Position numbers and translations under genes: made by a program. Shown here piece after piece: positions 27,383 through 32,000 of a stretch of DNA of 32,000 nucleotides. Below the pieces are notes generated by a model. It was not told the DNA's origin, did no database searches, and was given only the letters and a program-made list of their open reading frames with translations. How positions within the stretch are numbered: position 1 is the stretch's first letter; every line of letters begins with the position of its first letter. The DNA is from Mycolicibacterium smegmatis. GTDB lineage: Bacteria > Actinomycetota > Actinomycetes > Mycobacteriales > Mycobacteriaceae. The stretch spans positions 4,500,001 through 4,532,000 of the forward strand of contig NZ_LN831039.1 in assembly GCF_001457595.1 (NCBI RefSeq), in the 5' to 3' direction.

Positions 27383-28795
27383 ATGCGGTATGACGTCGTC
27401 GTGCTCGGCGCGGGTTCGGGAGGCTAAGTGGCCGCCATCCGCGCCGCACAACTCGGGTTGTCGGTGGCGATCGTGGAGGCCCACTACTGGGGCGGGGTGT
27501 GCCTGAACGTGGGATGCATCCCGTCCAAAGCTCTTTTGCGCAACGCCGAGATCGCGCATCTCCTGAGGGAGTTCGCCGATGTTTTCGGCATCGAGGGCGA
27601 GACGAAGATGCGCTATGACGCGGCCTATGAACGGTCCCGCACGGTCGCCGCGGACCGGGTGCGCGGTTTGCGATTCCTCATGCGCAAGAACAAGATCGAC
27701 GAGTACGAAGCCCACGGGACCTTCATCGACCGCCACACCATGCACATCGCCGGCGAGGATATCGACACTCAGATCGGCTTCGATTCGGTGATCATCGCCA
27801 CCGGAGCCGCCCCGCGGTTGCTGCCCGGCACCACCCGTGGGCCCAGGGTGCGCACCTTCGAAGAGCAGATCATGGCGTCGACGCTGCCGTCGTCGATCGC
27901 CATCATCGGGGCCGGCCCGATTGGCGTCGAATTCGCCTATCTCCTGGCAAATTACGGCGTCGATGTGACCCTCATCGAGGCCCTTCCGCGGATGCTGCCC
28001 AACGAAGACGAGGACGTCTCCAAAGAGATCGCCAAGGCCTACCGTGCCCTGGGCATCACTGTCCTGACCGGTACGCACATCGAGGATTTGGTCGAGACGG
28101 CCGACGGCGTCACCCTCACCTACCGCAGGTCCGGGTCCGTCGACGCCGAGACCCTCATCGTCGATGTCGTGTTGCAGGCCATCGGGTTCGCCCCCAGAAC
28201 CACGGGCTACGGGCTCGAACACCTGGGCGTGGACCTGGACCCACGCACCGGTGGCATCGCGATCGACGACGTCATGCGGACCACCGTGCCCGGCGTGTAC
28301 GCCATCGGCGACGTCACCGCGAAGCTGATGCTCGCGCATGTGGCCGAGGCGCAGGGCATCGTCGCCGCAGAGGCGATCGCAGGCGCACCCACGCTGGGGT
28401 TCGCCGAATACACCACGATGCCCCGCGTGACGTTCTGCAACCCCCAGGTCGCGAGCTTCGGGCTGACCGAAGCCCAGGCCCGCGCCGATGCCACGGCACG
28501 CGGCAGCGACATCGCTGTCGCGAAGTTCCCGTTCCGTGCCAACGGAAAGGCCCACGGCTTCGGCGATCCCACCGGATTCGTGAAGGTCATCACCGATCTC
28601 GCGCACGGCGAGCTTCTCGGGGCGCACATGGTCGGCGCCGAGGTCGCCGAACTGCTCCCCGAGTTGACGCTGGCCCAACGCTGGGATCTGACCGTCGAAG
28701 AACTGGTCCGCAACGTCCACACCCACCCGACACTGTCCGAGGCGCTGCAGGAGACGTTCCACGGGCTGGCGACCGGCAAGATGATCAACTTCTAG
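27383..28795 (+). pseudogene. Dihydrolipoamide dehydrogenase-like gene with in-frame TAA at codon 15
   Basis: MRYDVVVLGAGSGG[TAA]VAAIRAAQLGLSVAIVEAHYWGGVCLNVGCIPSKALL...; remaining frame open to 28795 with HVAEAQGI and C-terminal HTHPTLSEALQE. Confidence 0.85.
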
Positions 28796-28934
28796 ACGTT
28801 CCCGCGTGTGTCAGCCGACGACGCCGTCACCGCACTCGATGACAACGAAACCTCCGCACGCGTCGATTCACTGTCCAGGAATGCTCCTGCCGTAGCGGCG
28901 CCGTGGATAGGAAGTCATGGTGCGCGCATTGATG

Positions 28935-28948
28935 CGTTACATGTAACG
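28935..28948. promoter_or_regulatory. Candidate autoregulatory operator of the toxin-antitoxin operon
   Basis: Perfect 14-bp palindrome CGTTACATGTAACG just upstream of the antitoxin ORF. Confidence 0.5.
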
Positions 28949-28955
28949 TTGGGGT

Positions 28956-29165
28956 ATGACTCCCGCGCGTGACCGAGTACGCCGACATCGCGAGCGGCTG
29001 CGGCGACAAGGTCTGCGGCCGGTGCAGATCTGGGTCCCCGACGTGAATGCACCCGAATTTCGCCGGGAGGCGCACCGGCAGTCTGAGTTGGTCGCCGCCG
29101 GCGAGCATGAGGCCGAAGATCAAGCTTTCGTCGACGCGATCTCCGTCGACTGGGACGACGCCTAA
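28956..29165 (+). CDS. MazE-family antitoxin (DUF3018-like)
   Basis: MTPARDRVRRHRERLRRQGLRPVQIWVPDVNAPEFRREAHRQSELVAAGEHEAEDQAFVDAISVDWDDA. Confidence 0.88.
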   Translation: MTPARDRVRRHRERLRRQGLRPVQIWVPDVNAPEFRREAHRQSELVAAGEHEAEDQAFVDAISVDWDDA

Positions 29166-29167
29166 GC

Positions 29168-29497
29168 GTGCGGCGCGGCGATATCTACACCGCGGCGGCG
29201 CGAGGTGCGTACACCGGCAAGCCTCGGCCGGTCCTCATCATCCAGGACGACCGATTCGATGCCACCGCGTCGGTCACCGTCGTGCCGTTTACGACAAGCG
29301 ACACCGACGCACCGCTTCTGCGAATTCGAATCGAGCCAACGCCAGCCACCGGACTCTCCACAGTCAGCTCGTTGATGATCGACAAGGTGACCACAGTTCC
29401 CCGCTCCAGCTTGACGCACCGTGTCGGCCGACTGGCGGAGACAGACATGGTCAGGACCGACCGCGCACTCCTGGTTTTTCTGGGAATCGCCGGGTGA
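29168..29497 (+). CDS. Type II toxin, PemK/MazF family endoribonuclease
   Basis: MRRGDIYTAAARGAYTGKPRPVLIIQDDRFDATASVTVVPFTTSDTDAPLLRIRIEPTPATGLSTVSSLMIDKVTTVPRSSL. Confidence 0.93.
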   Translation: MRRGDIYTAAARGAYTGKPRPVLIIQDDRFDATASVTVVPFTTSDTDAPLLRIRIEPTPATGLSTVSSLMIDKVTTVPRSSLTHRVGRLAETDMVRTDRALLVFLGIAG

Positions 29498-29539
29498 CCA
29501 CCTGCTTCGGCACGATCCATGAACCCAGCGGCCACGTCG

Positions 29540-30103
29540 TCAGCGTCCGAGGTCAGACGGCCTCGGCAGGTTCGTAGTCCAGCGCGAAGCCAAGGCGTCG
29601 ATGATGGCTCGCTGCTGGGCTTCGTCGTGGTCGTGCATGAGAAGTCCTTCGACCGTGAAGACGCCGATCATGACTTCGGCGTCGGGTGCGGGGACCCCGG
29701 CGGCCTGAAGTTCAAACTGAAGCAGGCTGCCGGTGATCGTATGAAAGTTCTGATGCCATTCGGCGACCGCTGCTGAGTGCTCGACGCGGGCATGCACGGT
29801 TGTCACGAGGCGGCTCATCTCGGTGAGTTTGCCGACGATCCATAGCAACCGCGCCGCAATCGGTTGGCTTGCAATCTCTTCATACTGCGGCCACACGTCG
29901 GCCATGACGGCCTCAAGCACCGCGATCAACACTTCGTCTTTGTCCGGGAAGTACCAGTAGATCGTGTTCGGTGCCACTCCGGCTTCTTTGGCCAGGCGAC
30001 TCATCGGGGTGGCGTCATATCCCGCGTCGATGAACAGTCGCCTCGCCGCCGCAACGATCTCCGCGCGTTTCTCGGCGGCGGCCTGCGGGCGCTTCGGCGC
30101 CAT
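29540..30103 (-). CDS. TetR family transcriptional regulator
   Basis: RAEIVAAARRLFIDAGYDATPMSRLAKEAGVAPNTIYWYFPDKDEVLIAVLE; start 30103, in-frame start at 30127 also possible. Confidence 0.94.
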   Translation of the reverse strand: MAPKRPQAAAEKRAEIVAAARRLFIDAGYDATPMSRLAKEAGVAPNTIYWYFPDKDEVLIAVLEAVMADVWPQYEEIASQPIAARLLWIVGKLTEMSRLVTTVHARVEHSAAVAEWHQNFHTITGSLLQFELQAAGVPAPDAEVMIGVFTVEGLLMHDHDEAQQRAIIDALASRWTTNLPRPSDLGR

Positions 30104-30136
30104 CACGTCCTCCTCGATGCCGTTCACGTCACGCCA

Positions 30137-30155
30137 TGTTGAATACCGTTCAATA
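30137..30155. promoter_or_regulatory. Candidate TetR operator 1 (7-5-7 inverted repeat)
   Basis: TGTTGAA-TACCG-TTCAATA (one mismatch). Confidence 0.65.
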
Positions 30156-30168
30156 GGCTGCTACGTTT

Positions 30169-30187
30169 TGTTGAACAGCATTCAACA
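30169..30187. promoter_or_regulatory. Candidate TetR operator 2 (perfect 7-5-7 inverted repeat)
   Basis: TGTTGAA-CAGCA-TTCAACA, centre 32 bp from operator 1. Confidence 0.7.
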
Positions 30188-30193
30188 TACATC

Positions 30194-31144
30194 ATGGAGG
30201 CCGCGACGATGGCTCAACCGCTCAGCTACACCCGAGACGACGTCACCTTCATGTCCGACGGCACATCGTGCGCAGCGTGGCTCTATCGGCCCGACGGCGT
30301 CAACAATCCGCCCATCGTGGTACTTGCCCACGGGTTTGCCGCCTTCCGCGAACTGCGCCTGGACGCCTACGCCGCACGATTCGCCCAGGCCGGCTACGCC
30401 GCCCTGGTGTTCGACTACCGGCACTGGGGTGCGAGCGACGGACAACCCCGCCGCATCCTTGACATCCCAAAACAGCAGACAGACTGGCGGGCCGCCATCG
30501 CCTACGCCCGCAGCCTGGACAACGTCGACACCACCCGACTGGTGGGATGGGGTTCCTCCTTCGGCGGTGGCCACGTTCTCACACTGGCCGCCCGCGACCA
30601 CGAATTCGCCGCCGCCATCGTTCAGGTCCCCCACGTCAGCGGACCCGCTTCAGCCTTCTCTCAATCCCCCAAACTGGTCGCACGCCTCATCGCCGCAGGA
30701 CTGCGCGATCAGATCGGCGCATGGTTCGGGGGTGCACCGCACCGAGTGACATCCATCGGCAGGCCCGGCGAATTCGCCATGATGACCTCACCCGGCGCCT
30801 ATGAACTCGTCGAGGAAATGGCCGGGGGCGAAGCGGCCGAACACATGCGCGCGCAACTCGAGGCCGAGAACGACGTCGCCGCCCGCATCGCTCTGCGCGT
30901 GCCGCTGTATTCACCGGGACGGCACGCCGCCAAAATCACCGCACCGACCTTGGTTCAACTCGCCACGAAAGACGACGTCACGCCCTACGCGAAAGCCCGA
31001 AAAATCGTGGCCCGCATCCCGAACGGAGAGGTGCGGTCCTACGACATCACGCATTTCGAGCCGTACGTGGACCCGCATTTCGAGCAAATCGTGACCGATC
31101 AGATCGACTTCCTGAACCGTCACGTCGGAGCTGGCACCCGATGA
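30194..31144 (+). CDS. Alpha/beta hydrolase
   Basis: PPIVVLAHGFAAFRELRLDAYAARFAQAGYAALVFDYRHWGASDG, VGWGSSFGGGHVLTLAA, C-terminal THFEPYVD; start may be the ATG at 30209 (MAQPLSYTRDD). Confidence 0.9.
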   Translation: MEAATMAQPLSYTRDDVTFMSDGTSCAAWLYRPDGVNNPPIVVLAHGFAAFRELRLDAYAARFAQAGYAALVFDYRHWGASDGQPRRILDIPKQQTDWRAAIAYARSLDNVDTTRLVGWGSSFGGGHVLTLAARDHEFAAAIVQVPHVSGPASAFSQSPKLVARLIAAGLRDQIGAWFGGAPHRVTSIGRPGEFAMMTSPGAYELVEEMAGGEAAEHMRAQLEAENDVAARIALRVPLYSPGRHAAKITAPTLVQLATKDDVTPYAKARKIVARIPNGEVRSYDITHFEPYVDPHFEQIVTDQIDFLNRHVGAGTR

Positions 31145-32000
31145 GCGCACCGGCGTCATCGACTCCAACCCTGCCGGCGTCGGTGCACACGCTAGTCGTG
31201 GGTGCGGGGTTCGCCGGGCTGGCCGCGGCCGCAGCGGTGCTGCGCGAAGACCCCCGAGCCGACCTCCTGATCATCGAGCGGGCCGACGAGGTCGGCGGAA
31301 CCTGGCGCGACAACACCTACCCCGGTTGCGCGTGTGACGTCCCGACCTCGCTCTACTCGTTCTCGTTCGCCCCCAGCGCGAAGTGGAGTCACACCTTCGC
31401 ACGCCAACCCGAGATTCACCGCTACCTCACCTCGGTTGCCGACCAGACAGGACTGCGGCACCACCTGGTCACCGGATGCGAGCTACTCGGCGCAGCGTGG
31501 GACGACGACGAGCAGCGTTGGCGGGTTCGAACCTCCCTCGGCATGGTGACCGCCACGGTCCTGGTCGCCGCGACCGGGGCACTCTCCACCCCGAAGCTGC
31601 CCGACGTGCCCGGACTCGACCGCTTCGGCGGCACGGTTTTTCACTCCGCCACCTGGAATCACGACCACGACCTGACCGACGAGCGGGTCGCCGTCGTCGG
31701 CACCGGGGCCTCAGCGGTGCAGTTCGTGCCCGAGATCGCTGACCGCACCGCTCACCTGACGGTGTTTCAACGAACCCCGGCGTGGGTGCTACCCCGGCTA
31801 GACCGCACCCTCGGCCGCCTCGAGAAGGCGCTGTACCGCCGGATTCCGCTGTCGCAGAGACTGGTCCGCGGGATGGTCTACATCTACCGGGAGGGCTACC
31901 TCGCGCTGCTCGCGCACCTGACCTGGCTGCTACCGCTGCTCGAAATCATCGCCAAGACACAACTGCGCCGCCAAGTGCCCGACCCAGCCCTGCGCAGGGC
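31141..32000 (+). CDS. Flavin-containing monooxygenase (Baeyer-Villiger-type), 5' part; runs off window
   Basis: HTLVVGAGFAGLAAAAAVLRE, EVGGTWRDNTYPGCACDVPTSLYSFSFAP, FGGTVFHSATWNHDHDL, RVAVVGTGASAVQFVPEI; ATGA overlap with the hydrolase. Confidence 0.93.
   Translation, partial: MSAPASSTPTLPASVHTLVVGAGFAGLAAAAAVLREDPRADLLIIERADEVGGTWRDNTYPGCACDVPTSLYSFSFAPSAKWSHTFARQPEIHRYLTSVADQTGLRHHLVTGCELLGAAWDDDEQRWRVRTSLGMVTATVLVAATGALSTPKLPDVPGLDRFGGTVFHSATWNHDHDLTDERVAVVGTGASAVQFVPEIADRTAHLTVFQRTPAWVLPRLDRTLGRLEKALYRRIPLSQRLVRGMVYIYREGYLALLAHLTWLLPLLEIIAKTQLRRQVPDPALRR

Noticed and set aside
1-32000. tRNA, rRNA, CRISPR or prophage content
   Set aside because: No cloverleaf-like, rRNA-like or repeat-spacer structures were recognised by eye, and apart from the IS there are no phage or integrase genes. 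A tRNAscan/Infernal run would be needed to exclude small RNAs.

Overview
High-GC actinobacterial (mycobacteria-like) chromosomal window, read from sequence only. Left edge: an msrB-msrA operon whose msrB is split by an IS3-family-like element. Centre (about 2.3-28.8 kb): a dense oxidoreductase/redox locus with two related SDR / cupin / quinone-reductase sets, a DoxX-like protein, pyridine nucleotide-disulfide oxidoreductases, RidA, an internally shortened nitroreductase, an MFS transporter, two large LuxR-type ATPase regulators, an NDH-2-like flavoprotein, a HAD hydrolase, and an unusual ctaD - transketolase - rraA operon. Right edge: a MazEF-type toxin-antitoxin pair, and a TetR regulator with two tandem operators upstream of an alpha/beta hydrolase / flavin monooxygenase operon. 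Main observation: a 42-bp composite regulatory module, TCACCCGGGTGR-N11-GGGTGATGAC-NNY-TCACCC, appears at seven intergenic positions (one has a 1-bp shorter spacer). Every copy points at the first gene of an operon, 45-116 bp upstream of the predicted start, and together they cover nearly all structural operons of the locus. This suggests a compact, possibly undescribed regulon, plausibly controlled by one or both linked LuxR-family regulators. Other notable points: a nonsense codon directly after the GxGxxG motif of a dihydrolipoamide-dehydrogenase-like gene, an in-frame internal deletion in the nitroreductase, and a candidate 28-aa membrane peptide overlapping a possible extended start of a regulator gene.
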